NCBI RefSeq assembly: GCF_009914755.1
Contig: NC_060926.1
Origin: the human T2T-CHM13v2.0 reference genome, Homo sapiens
Length of the DNA: 64,000 bases
Reading direction: 5' to 3' (one strand)
Part shown: positions 53,711-64,000 of the stretch, piece after piece
How positions within the stretch are numbered: the first letter of the stretch is position 1
How the letters are laid out: every line of letters begins with the position of its first letter
The notes under the pieces: generated by a model
What the model saw: the letters and a program-made list of their open reading frames with translations, nothing else
Told to the model about the DNA's origin: nothing
Database searches by the model: none
Program-made: the position numbers and the translations under genes

Positions 53711-54984
53711 TTTGGTATTATTGTCCTCCATACAAACCCTTTGTCCCATTAATTCCAGTTGCTCTTGGCTATAGAAAATTCCCTATTAGCAGACAGCACC
53801 TCACGGAAAGATAGCAGAGCACTGTAACCCATTGCTTTGGGGAAGAGGATGGCCCCGTTGCCTACTCAGCTTCCAGGTCATTTTTTCAAATCACTTTTCT
53901 AAGACCCAGCCTGATCATCACAAAGTCTTCACAGTTATATTCTAGGCTCCATGCTTCCCTGGCTCAATGCCCTCACACCAGCTTTCAGTGGCCTGCAGCT
54001 CTCTGAAGAAGGAATTATGTCCTAAGGTGAAAAGTTATTTAGTTTCCCTGCCTGACATTCTAGATTCTGGCCTTCCAGAAACAGAGAGGCTGTTGTCAGC
54101 ATGCCAGGACATGACAAATGATGTGAGGGGGCTGTTAAGATACAGCCATCTATCCTCTGTCAGAGGCCAGGACCACAAGGCAATGGAAAATGAACAGGGA
54201 AATTGTTAATTGTGTAGCTCTAAAGCCTGCCCAGAGAAACTTCAGAGGGGAGCATGTTTTTCTCTCACCTGGAGAGGCAGAACACTGAAAGCCTTTAGGA
54301 GGCATGCTGCCTAGCAAGCGGACAGGCAGTGCTAGGGGCAGGAAACTACCCCAGAGATAGTACAGGGAGCAAGAGGAGGAATACTGCAGACAATCACTGA
54401 AAAAGCCAGTAATATACTTGGAGAGAGAACTATGGTTCTGTTTCCATCACACACTTATGGGACCCTATATAAGCCCCTTAACACCTGGAGTTGCCAGTAG
54501 ATGTAAAATGAAGAAAAGAGTGTCTGACTTTCCTAAAGGCAGAGGGCTATTCTTGAGGACCTTCCAGCATTTAAGACTAAGCAATTCTTGAAGCATTTGA
54601 TGACCTTTCTTTTCTCCAATTCTCTTTGCCTTTGACATAGAGTTGTTTATTTGATAAATGTGAAAAGTGGGATTTCATAGTCCTGGATTTAGTCTCATTC
54701 ACAAACAGTTATAAGTGAAATCGAGGCTAAATACATGTATAACCAAATTTCCTTGTGCAAACCACCTGCTGTTTCTGGAGCGGGCTCTACCGTCACACAT
54801 GAACATCTGCCATGCAGTGAGGTACCAGTGCATGGGCTGGATCTTTCTAAAGGGAAAGACCTAACACATGTCATGTAGCCTTGATGCTTTCATTCTCTCT
54901 GGACCACAACAGAGATGCCCTTGAAAGGATTAGCAGTTTGACTCTGACGTGAAGCCTACAGAATCCACATCAAAACAACAGTGC

Positions 54985-57512
54985 AAGATTTCTGCTTCTG
55001 CCCAAGAAGGAATAAGAGGAAACTTTATTCTCTTACCTAAAACAAAACAAAACAACAAGACAAAGAGCACAGATGAAGGAATAGCTTTCAAGGCACAGTG
55101 CATGAGGCAATGAAGGTTGGTGATCTCTGAGAGTGGAGGAGCAAATGAGAAGAGTTTTATGATTGCCCTGGTCCACTGCCTTGAGAGAGTCTCTAGGCCA
55201 TGACTCAAGGATAGGGAACTTAGGCATGGCCCAGCAGATACCTCTAGGTACAGCAGGTGGAGCTGAAAGTCCAGGGAGACCTAGATTTTACCATTACAAG
55301 GATTTTTTTCCATACTTGAAGTGGTATAATATACTTGAAGGTATGCTATAATAACTAAAAAGTGTTCTGTAAACCTTAAAGAAACCACTAAAATAACTCA
55401 ACAAAGAGTTATAGCTGTAAGTCAAAAAAGGAGATAAAACAGAATAATTTTAAAATACTAAACGATCCAAAATAAGGTGAGAAAAGAAGAAATGGAGACA
55501 TAAAAATAGATAGAACAAATAGAAAACAAAAGGCAAGATGATAGATTTAAACTTAACCATATCAATAATCATAATCAATAAGGTAAATTATCTAAATACT
55601 CCTTTTAAGGACACAGATTACCAAAACTGACAAAGACAGTACAAAAAAGAGAAAACTACAGACAAATGTCTCCCATGAACTTAGAAACAAAGATCCTCAA
55701 CAAAACATGAGCAAATCAAATCCAATGATGTGTAAAAATAATTATGTAGCATGGCCAAGTGGGATTTAGTCCAGGTATGCAAGGCTGACTCAACATTCAA
55801 AAACTCAAGCAATGTAACCCATAACACTAACATGCTAAAGAAGAAAAACCATATGATAATATCAAATGATGCAGAAAAGGCATTTGACAAAATCCAATAA
55901 CCATTCGTCGCAACTCTCAGCAAGTTAGACATTAAAGAGAATTCAACTTGATAAAGAATACCTACAAAAACCCCACAGCTAACATCATGCTTAATGGTGA
56001 AAGATGAATGTCAGAAAAGGAGAACAAATTAGTGGTTGCCAGGCATTAAAGATGAGGGTGGAGTGGAGAGGGAGGGGCAAGACAAAGGATCTTTGTGTTA
56101 GTGGCACTATTCTACATCTTGATTTCAATAGCAAATACGTGAAACTATACATTTGACCAAATTGGGCTGAACTATAAACACACACACAAATAAGCCCAAG
56201 TAAAACTTGGGAAATCTGAACAAATTTGATGGATTGTAGTGATGTCAACATCCTGGTTGTCATATTGTAATGTGGTTTTGCAAGATGATACTGAGGGAAA
56301 TTGAACAAGTGGAACACAAGATTTCTCTATTATCTCTTACAACTACGTATGATCTATCACAAAATAAAAGTTCTTTTAAAGGCAGAGATTGTCAGATTGG
56401 ATTAAAAATACATAAGATCAAAATTTGCTACCTATAAGAAACATATTTTAAATATAAAGACATAAAGGGCTTAAATGTAGAAGAATGAAAATACACACAA
56501 ATGAAAATTCAAAATCCAAAGTGCTCCAAAATCTGAAATTTTTGAGTGCTAACATGACACTAAAAGGAAATGTTCATTGGAGCTTTTCAGATTTTGAATT
56601 TTTGGATTAGGAATACTCAACTTACATGTATACACAAATATATGTATATACATATATATACACACATTACATATGTATATATTATGCTCATATTAAAATG
56701 AAACTGGAATGGCTATATTAATATGAGAAAAAGTAGATTTCAGAGCAAAGAATATTATCAAGGATAAAGGAGGTGATGTCACAATGATAAAAGGGTCAAT
56801 TCACCAGAGTCACATAACAATTTTAAATGTTGATGCAATTTATAACAGAGCTTCAAAATTATTTTGTGCAAATAATTTTGCACCTGAAGCAAAAACTGAT
56901 AGAACTTCAAGAGGAAATAGACAGATCCCCAATTATAGTCAGATAGATTAACATTCATCTCCCAATAACTGACAGAACAAGTACAAAGAAAATCAGGAAA
57001 ATGAGGAATCCAATACTAGAACAACACGGTCATAGGCACCTGTAAAGACAAACTTTTATAAGAGCTTTACTTGTATGAACAAAAACTGGAAATGTCCCTC
57101 AACTTGTAAACAGATAAACAAATGTTGGTTATAACCATACAATGGAATATTACTCCGCAACAAAGAGAATGAACTTCTTATACACATAAAACATGGATAA
57201 ATATCAAAATAACTATGCCCATGGAAAAGGCCAGTCAAAACAGTTTCTACTGTTAGATTCCATTTATAGAAAATACTCAAAAATGCAAACGAATCTATAG
57301 CAACAGCAGATCACTGGGCTGCCTGGGGATGAGGAGCAGTGAGTGGCAGGAGGGAGGGAATTACAAACGGACTCCAAGAGCCCTTTGTGGGTGGCAGATT
57401 GTTCATTATCTTGATGGTTGTGACCGTCTCATGGGTGTATGTATTAGTCAAGCCTGATCATACTGTGTAATTTAAGTATGTGAAGTTTATTGTATGTCAG
57501 TAAAGCTGTTAA
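54985..57512 (+). mobile_element. Composite old L1M cluster (5'UTR, ORF2 endonuclease, nested RT/3'UTR piece, L1ME-like 3' end)
   Basis: GAAAACTACAGACAAATGTCTC..GATGCAGAAAAGGCATTTGACAAAATCCA (RT); AAAGTAGATTTCAGAGCAAAG (EN); CCATACAATGGAATATTAC (3' end). Confidence 0.9.
56500..56630. mobile_element. Tigger4/MER46-like TcMar MITE fragment inside L1
   Basis: AAATCCAAAGTGCTCCAAAATCTGAAA..TTTTTGGATTAGGAATACTCAAC. Confidence 0.75.
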
Positions 57513-57639
57513 ACATATAAATAGAGATGCATACACAGTATGACCAGCACTCATCAAGGGGCATCAACCATGGTCTCCAGCTGATCTCTTCTGCCCTAGC
57601 CAGACCTGTGTCTTCACTGTTTCAGACATCTTGAGCCTC

Positions 57640-57910
57640 TCCTTCCTTCTGTCTGCTGCTTAAACTCTATTTGTCCTTCAAAACTCAAAATGAGTCCAGC
57701 TTCCTGCAGAAAATCTTTCATGACCTCTCAGTCCTGACTCTCTCTGCACATACAGACTACAACAGTCTGATGTGAGAGTGTCTTCATCACCCAAACGGAA
57801 ACTGAGCTCCCTGAGACCAGGATTCCTGACATCGGGATCCCTCCTCTACCTGCATAAGCCTGAGCCCAAGAAGTTTCAATCAATACCTGTTGATTGTGTT
57901 GTTGATGAAT
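57640..57910 (+). mobile_element. L2 3' fragment
   Basis: GTCCTTCAAAACTCAAA..ACTGAGCTCCCTGAGACCAGG..TCAATCAATACCTGTTGA. Confidence 0.6.
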
Positions 57911-60041
57911 CTCCCACTGAGAGATCTCCCTCTGTGATAACTCTTTGATAACACAGCATTAATTTTTAAAAAAAAAAAAAAAAAGAACATCTCATGCACC
58001 TTTGGCCTTTGCCTCTGCCAGGGACCTCTGTATTTCTAATCAGAGGTTGCCTTAGGAAAGGTCCTGTGTGCTTGCTCATGTAAGAGTTCCCTGCAGCTGG
58101 CTTCAGTGCAGAGCTCTCTGCAGCAAACCAGAGACTAAGGACTGCTTCAGTCTCCTCTACGCTTCCCATACCCCATGGGTTCAGCAGCCTTTGCAGAGAA
58201 ACCATGCAGTGCCCTGTTGTTCCCACAGCCTCAGAACATAGGACGACATCTGGTGTCAACTAACTCCTTGCCCGCATGAGTAAACCAAGGCCAGGGAGGT
58301 CATGTGGCCAGTTCTGGGTCATTCACTGAACCTTGCTTTCTTCATTTGTGCTTTCTTTGTGTTAGGCTTTATCAAGAGAAGAGATCATAAGATAAACAGT
58401 GGATAGCCCTCAACCCCCTGCCCGTTCACTAGGCAGAGAAGAGCCATCACAAGTTCTCCATGCTCTTCTACAGATGTGTCATGATCAAATTATCCATTGT
58501 TTGGTTAAAAATCATTTCTTCTGCACCTCACACTCCAATCAACTGTTTGAAAAAAAAAAAAGTCAATAGGCTGACAGCCTTAGAAGTGGATAAAGATATT
58601 AGAAGGAGGCCTGCTGTTTGCAACGAGCATCAGACAAATAATGATCAATAGTTTCTATCTCCTAATGACTGGATGGTGATTGCGTAGCCTCCAGATAAGA
58701 ACTTCATTGACAACCCCAGTGCTGTGTCTAGGACAAAAGGGAAGCCAATTTTTGCGAGGCCTGAACAGAAGTGTACCCTTCAGAAACACCTGGATCCCAG
58801 TCACTATGATGCTAGGAATTGAATTGAGCTGGATTCTTCTCTCTATACCTTGTGACTGCCTAGTGTGTGTCTCTCTGCACCTTGTAATCACCAAGTTCTT
58901 CTCCCCAGTTGGCCCCACCCTCCCTCCCTGCAGCTGCCACTCAGGCCAGGAATTACCTCGAGTACATCTGACAGTAGAAAAAGGGGCCATGGTCCATGAA
59001 GACTATTTGCTCTCCTTCATGGCCTCCCTGGGGATCTGTACTGAGGTCCCTAACACCATTCATGACTCTTTCATACTCTGCAGTGAGGACTGAGTCTCCT
59101 TCCCCAGATGTCCATTGAATCTCTCCCTCCACAATAATCTTCTTTCTTCCTTAACAACACACTTCCCTGGCACATCAGCCAGGATGCAGAACCTACTCAT
59201 TCCCCACCACCTTCTATTCATTCCTTGCTTCTTCTTTGCCTTTGCTGAACTGGCTATCTCCAGTTCACATTCTCTTTCCCTAGAAAATCACATCAGTCAT
59301 TTTCATAAATTTTCACTTACAAGCTCTACCAGATAGCCTCATGGTTCACTCCACCTCATTTTAATGACACCTTCCCCTGTGCTCTTTCCTGTTTCCTGAC
59401 ACAAACTGCTGGTTGTCTTCTTTCTCCAGGACCACACTGTTAGGAGGTTGGTGATGTACCTTGTAAGATGAATTCTCAAATTAATTACCCAATGAGAGAA
59501 AGCAGCTGTCTCCCAGACTCGAGGCACACAATGGGCATTTGGCATGATTGTGAGTAAATGCATAGAGCATAAACATTCATATGTATGCCACGTGGCTCAG
59601 CAAAGCACTTTCCAGAGCATGCAAAATGGAGTACTAATTTTCCAGGATGCTAATGGGTATTACAGTCTTCTTTTCAACAAGTTCCATGACCAAATATGGA
59701 TGATAAATGTTAAAGAAGAAAGTTAAAAAAAGATTGTTTTACTGCTGGAAGTCTCACAGCCTTCCATATGATCCGATATAAAGTTTTCTCCAAGAAGGAG
59801 GCACACTATATGGTACTTCTAAATTATATGGTCATAGAGTACTTTATTCACAGACTATCTCAGAAGGTTACAACCTTCCATGAAGCACTATTTGGGAAAC
59901 ATTTTCCTGAAATATTCAGTACAAAGCTGGGTCTCTGGGATGAGAACCTCTCCTATGCTTCTCAGTTTAGCAAATCACAATCCCATCACTGTTTTTCTTT
60001 GCCTAGCCCTCACATAGCCTCAATGCACCATGTCAATCTGT

Positions 60042-60042
<1 letters not shown>

Positions 60043-60076
<34 letters not shown>
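60043..60076. repeat. (CA)n microsatellite, about 17 units
   Basis: Direct read. Confidence 0.98.
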
Positions 60077-60078
<2 letters not shown>

Positions 60079-60473
60079 GAGTCAAACTACTCACAAGCAT
60101 TGAAATCAAAATTATCCCACAATGAAATTACAGCATAAAACACCTTTCAGCAATAAGCCAAAAGGCAGAAAACAGAATTATATCTAAAAATCAAACTGCT
60201 CTCCTGCCACCTGTTCAGCAATCAATTCACCATGTAACCCATCTACAGAAGTGGTTTGCAAGTAACCCTTCCCAGGTTGCAACAGGGGCAAAGGAAGGCT
60301 TGAAGAATTACACTGAATTCTTTGATACCATGAGACCAGCCATACAGCCAAATGAATCCTTTCCACAGCTGAGGGAAGCTGGAGCAAGGTACCAAACTGG
60401 ACCCTCGTCTCTGACACTTTCGAATTTATAGAATTGCCCATACCTTTGCATAAACACTCTATGCCAAATGGCT

Positions 60474-60476
<3 letters not shown>

Positions 60477-60513
<37 letters not shown>
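60477..60513. repeat. (AC)n microsatellite, about 18 units
   Basis: Direct read. Confidence 0.98.
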
Positions 60514-60514
<1 letters not shown>

Positions 60515-61699
60515 CTGAGTTATAGAAGACGGTTCTGAAAAAAATAGAAGAATTTAGCACAAAGAAGAGAAAACTCAAAAGTACAACTGAACATCTTCCC
60601 ATGTCTGAGCAGTTCTCATTTCAGAATATCATTTGTGTCATTACAGTGGCAGCTACAAGGAGGCAAAATTGGACTTCATCATTAAAAAAAACCCCTAACT
60701 TTGTGCTGAGCAAGGGTCATATTACCCTTTAGGACCTAAAAATATTGCCCTGGTTTTGAAAAATCTAATTGCTTTCCTAAGGAGCACTAATGTTATGCTC
60801 TTGTAGGAAGGGATGCTGGATTTTTACATATTTGAGCTTTTTCTAAAACTAAGCATACGTGTGTTGACTATGCCCTTTGTGCTCCACCAAGAGAGAAAAA
60901 TATACTGGAGAAGGTTTTTGCACACATGAACCATACTGAAAGGCATCCTTTGCATCAAACTTGCCATGAAAAATTTCCTGGACTGAGAGATAAGCAAGGT
61001 CCAACTTAGTGATGTGTGTCGGGATTCTGCTATTCTGTGAGAGATGGAGATAAATTCTCCCATAGCTCTAACTTGAGAATATGTGCTAGCAACTTCTGCA
61101 AGTTAAAAAGTATCTTCTTCCCTACTGGAATGTTACCTTTGCTTAATGGAAATAAGAAACGTTCTATCAAAATAGCTCTGTAAATTTACACTTTGACACT
61201 AACACCCTGGCTCCAAACAGGTAGCAATAATACATCCAAAACAAAACAAAAAAATGTAGCCAGGCTTAGAAATAAGTGAATGTCTTAATGGATCAGAAAC
61301 AGAACTGCAAGTCTAAAACATAAACTACTCTGAAATCATAGACTGCTGAACACCTTGACCCAAACCAAGGTATTCAATTCCTCTGGGATAACAGGGGACT
61401 AGAAATAGGAGCTAAGGAAGGGATTTTCCACTCTCCCCTCTCCAAACACACATATTACTTGAGAAAGGAGGCAGAAAAGACATGCCCTGAAGGGCTCCCA
61501 GGGGCTCTGACCTATAACAGATTACACGTCTGGAGAGGCACAGAAATATGAATCCAGCCCCAAGATCAGGAACCAACTAAGGTATGCACTAGCTCAGAGA
61601 CAGGGTCAATAATTTCCCTGATTATACAATTGGGCAGGAAACCAAAATCACTATTACAGGATCTATTCAGAATTAAGGATTATGTGATGTCAACTGCAT

Positions 61700-62660
61700 A
61701 ACCACTCAGATATGAGTAAACATTCACAAGAGAAAAGAGCAAAAAAGAAAGTAACACATAACTAATAAAATCTCCCCTGAAAATGAAGCCATAATCAGAA
61801 TTACAAACCATGTGAAGAAATATAAGATTAAGAATGAAAGCAAATAAAATGAGCAATTGAAACAGAAATCAATCCAGATCCCTTTATAGAAGTGTGGAAG
61901 TATGTCTAGGTGGATTAATGAAAGAATAACATCCTTTACATGAGCAAAAATCTATGTGGAAGAGACAAAAATGACACACAAAAATGTTATGAAAACGAAC
62001 CAGTGAGAAATCTTAGAAATGGAAATTACAGTAACAGATATAAAAGACTTTCTAAATCAATAATGGGATAAACTCTAGCCTGAAAACAGAGGTGGAAGCA
62101 AATTAGTAAAACAAAGGATAGTATCGAAAAGTTCACCCAGAGGCTGTGCAGAGAGAAAAACATAATATGAAAGACCTGCTAAGAAAGAAGGAGGGATAGA
62201 CTGAGGTGCACAGCATAGCTTGAATAAGAATTCCAGAGGAAGAGAATGGAAGGAATGTCATGGAAATAATATCTGGAGAAGGATTTTCCAGAATTTGAGA
62301 ATCTTGAGAACAATGTGCCCTCCACTTATATTCAGACGGAGAAAACAAAAATAATCTGCACCTAGATATATTATAGTGAAACTACACAACATTAAAGGTC
62401 ATGAGAAAAATCTTAAAATCTACCTTAAAAAGAGGGCTATCAAATTTAGATTGAAAGCAACCTTCCCACAGTCAACATTAGATGCCAGAAGAGAAGGAAG
62501 TAACATACTCAAAATGCTGAAGGAGAAAATACTTTCCAGTGTTTACAGCCAGCAAAACTATTATTCTAGAGAAAAGGCAAAAATAAAGTCACTTTTCAGA
62601 CATATAAAATTGAAAACGGATGGATGATAAGATATATAAGAAGCATTCAGGAGGTGGACA
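61700..62660 (+). mobile_element. Decayed L1 ORF1-like sequence (HAL1 or old L1M)
   Basis: GAATTCCAGAGGAAGAG, CACCTAGATATATTATAGTGAAACT, GATGCCAGAAGAGAAGGAAGT; ORF 62376-62627 resembles the ORF1p C-terminus. Confidence 0.75.
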
Positions 62661-62687
62661 CAGAAAAAAGTTGGTAAGATATAGCAT

Positions 62688-62752
62688 TAAAAATACATAT
62701 ATATATATATGTTATTATAAAAATACATATATATATGTTATTATAAAAATAC
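62688..62752 (+). repeat. AT-rich tandem duplication (30 + 26 bp plus a partial unit)
   Basis: TAAAAATACA(TA)nTGTTATTA repeated. Confidence 0.9.
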
Positions 62753-63049
62753 TGCCCCATTACCCTGCAATGAACTTTATCGATAATACAATATTCCCTT
62801 TATGCATAATTTCAAAAATATCAATGTAGAGCAAACTCTCAGGGCTCAAAGAGGGAGGAATTTCTCAGCAGGAAAGGAGCAGCATGAGTTGACAATGCTT
62901 TGGCAAGGAGATAGCTCCTGGGCTCAGGAGGTTAGTTACAAACAACATGATTGAGAAAACAAGTGAACTGATCCTATGAGAGCCAGGTTCCTCACCAGCG
63001 AGAATGGAAGTCAAATATGGAAAGAAGGAGGCTATAGAATAAACCATAT

Positions 63050-64000
63050 AATGTTAGACTATGTTTAGGGATATTGATCTGCACTGTGACTTCTAATAGT
63101 CAGATAAATATGCATGTACATAGATGTAGATATTCTAGCTCTGTCTGCTGCAACGGCCTAGAAGCCAGACAAAACAGGAGCGATTAATGCATTCAGCACC
63201 AGATATTGATTCCTGAAAGGAGTCAGGCATTCGTGGAGAAATGGCTGACTGGCTGACTGCAGGGCTGGAGCTGGAAACATACAAGCCCTGGCCATCTTGT
63301 GCTGCAATGACAGAAGCATGGCCAAAAGACACAGAATCCATCTTGACAAGGGTCCTATAGCCAAGTTGGGGGCAATGTGAGCATCAAAATAAATGATGAT
63401 GGTAAGAGTTATAGCCCACTAGGTAACACAGGAACCCATGAGTCCATACTGAAATACATACACATATCGTACATACATAGGAGTTCTACCTTACAGTAGA
63501 ATGCCAACTCATCAATGTAGAGAAAGATGGAATCAGAAAATTGCCATTTGACAACCATCATAGTAATAACTGATTCAGGCAAGAATCATTCATCCCTGCT
63601 AATGCTGGAGGGTGAGTGTTGATAAGAAGAGTCTACATACTTATTCTCAAAGTATCTCTTCTTAAAAATACTCACTAATTAACTTTACAGTGGATGAACC
63701 TGGCAGTCACCACCTTAACTAAGTGACTAAAGTTAACTTTTTTATTTTAACCAGGAATGGGAAAACCCACATCATATCTCTTCCAAAATGATGCACTAAG
63801 AAGAACGCAGCATCACTTCTGTGACATTCCTGCCAGAAATGTGTGACCTGAACCTATTGACAAGGAAACATTAGAAAAATCCTAAACAATGGGATGGTCT
63901 CCCAAGTAACAGGCCCATGCTTAAAAATCATGATGGTCATAAAAGACCTGGAAAACTGTGGAACTGCTACAGGTTGAAAGAGGCTAAAAAGACAAGACAA
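63050..64000 (+). mobile_element. L1MC (MC3/MC4-like) 3'UTR
   Basis: GGAGAAATGGCTGA..AGCATCAAAATAAATGATGAT..AACTTTACAGTGG..ATGATGCACTAAGAAG..ATCACTTCTGTG. Confidence 0.85.

Overview
Primate (very likely human) non-coding genomic DNA: CpG-depleted and dense in interspersed repeats. These include Alu J/S/Y, L1PA/L1PB/L1M, L2, MIR and CR1/L3; MaLR/ERVL LTRs (MLT1, MLT2, MSTA, LTR16-like, LTR40-like); hAT/Tigger MITEs; and microsatellites. I found no intact protein-coding gene, rRNA, tRNA, CRISPR array or CpG island. The only protein-like ORFs are decayed L1 ORF1/ORF2 fragments and Alu- or microsatellite-derived pseudo-ORFs. The window is intergenic or deep in a very long intron; I cannot name the locus. 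I do not see convincing evidence of a new biological system. The best leads are: (i) a minus-strand polypyrimidine-YAG|GTGAGT site resembling a recursive splice site at 47042/47043, plus other minus-strand exon-like signal pairs; (ii) a repeat-poor block at 13.6-14.3 kb with stacked acceptors and a possible 12-nt in-frame microexon; (iii) small CpG-retaining, motif-rich patches (CTCF-like at 28.1 kb, ACGT cluster at 43.6 kb); (iv) oddly rearranged L1 copies (ORF1 joined to the 3'UTR, a 4x31-bp array plus palindromic tail, overlapping hairpins). Repeat subfamily names come from remembered consensus sequences and boundaries of old repeats are approximate; RepeatMasker/Dfam should confirm them.
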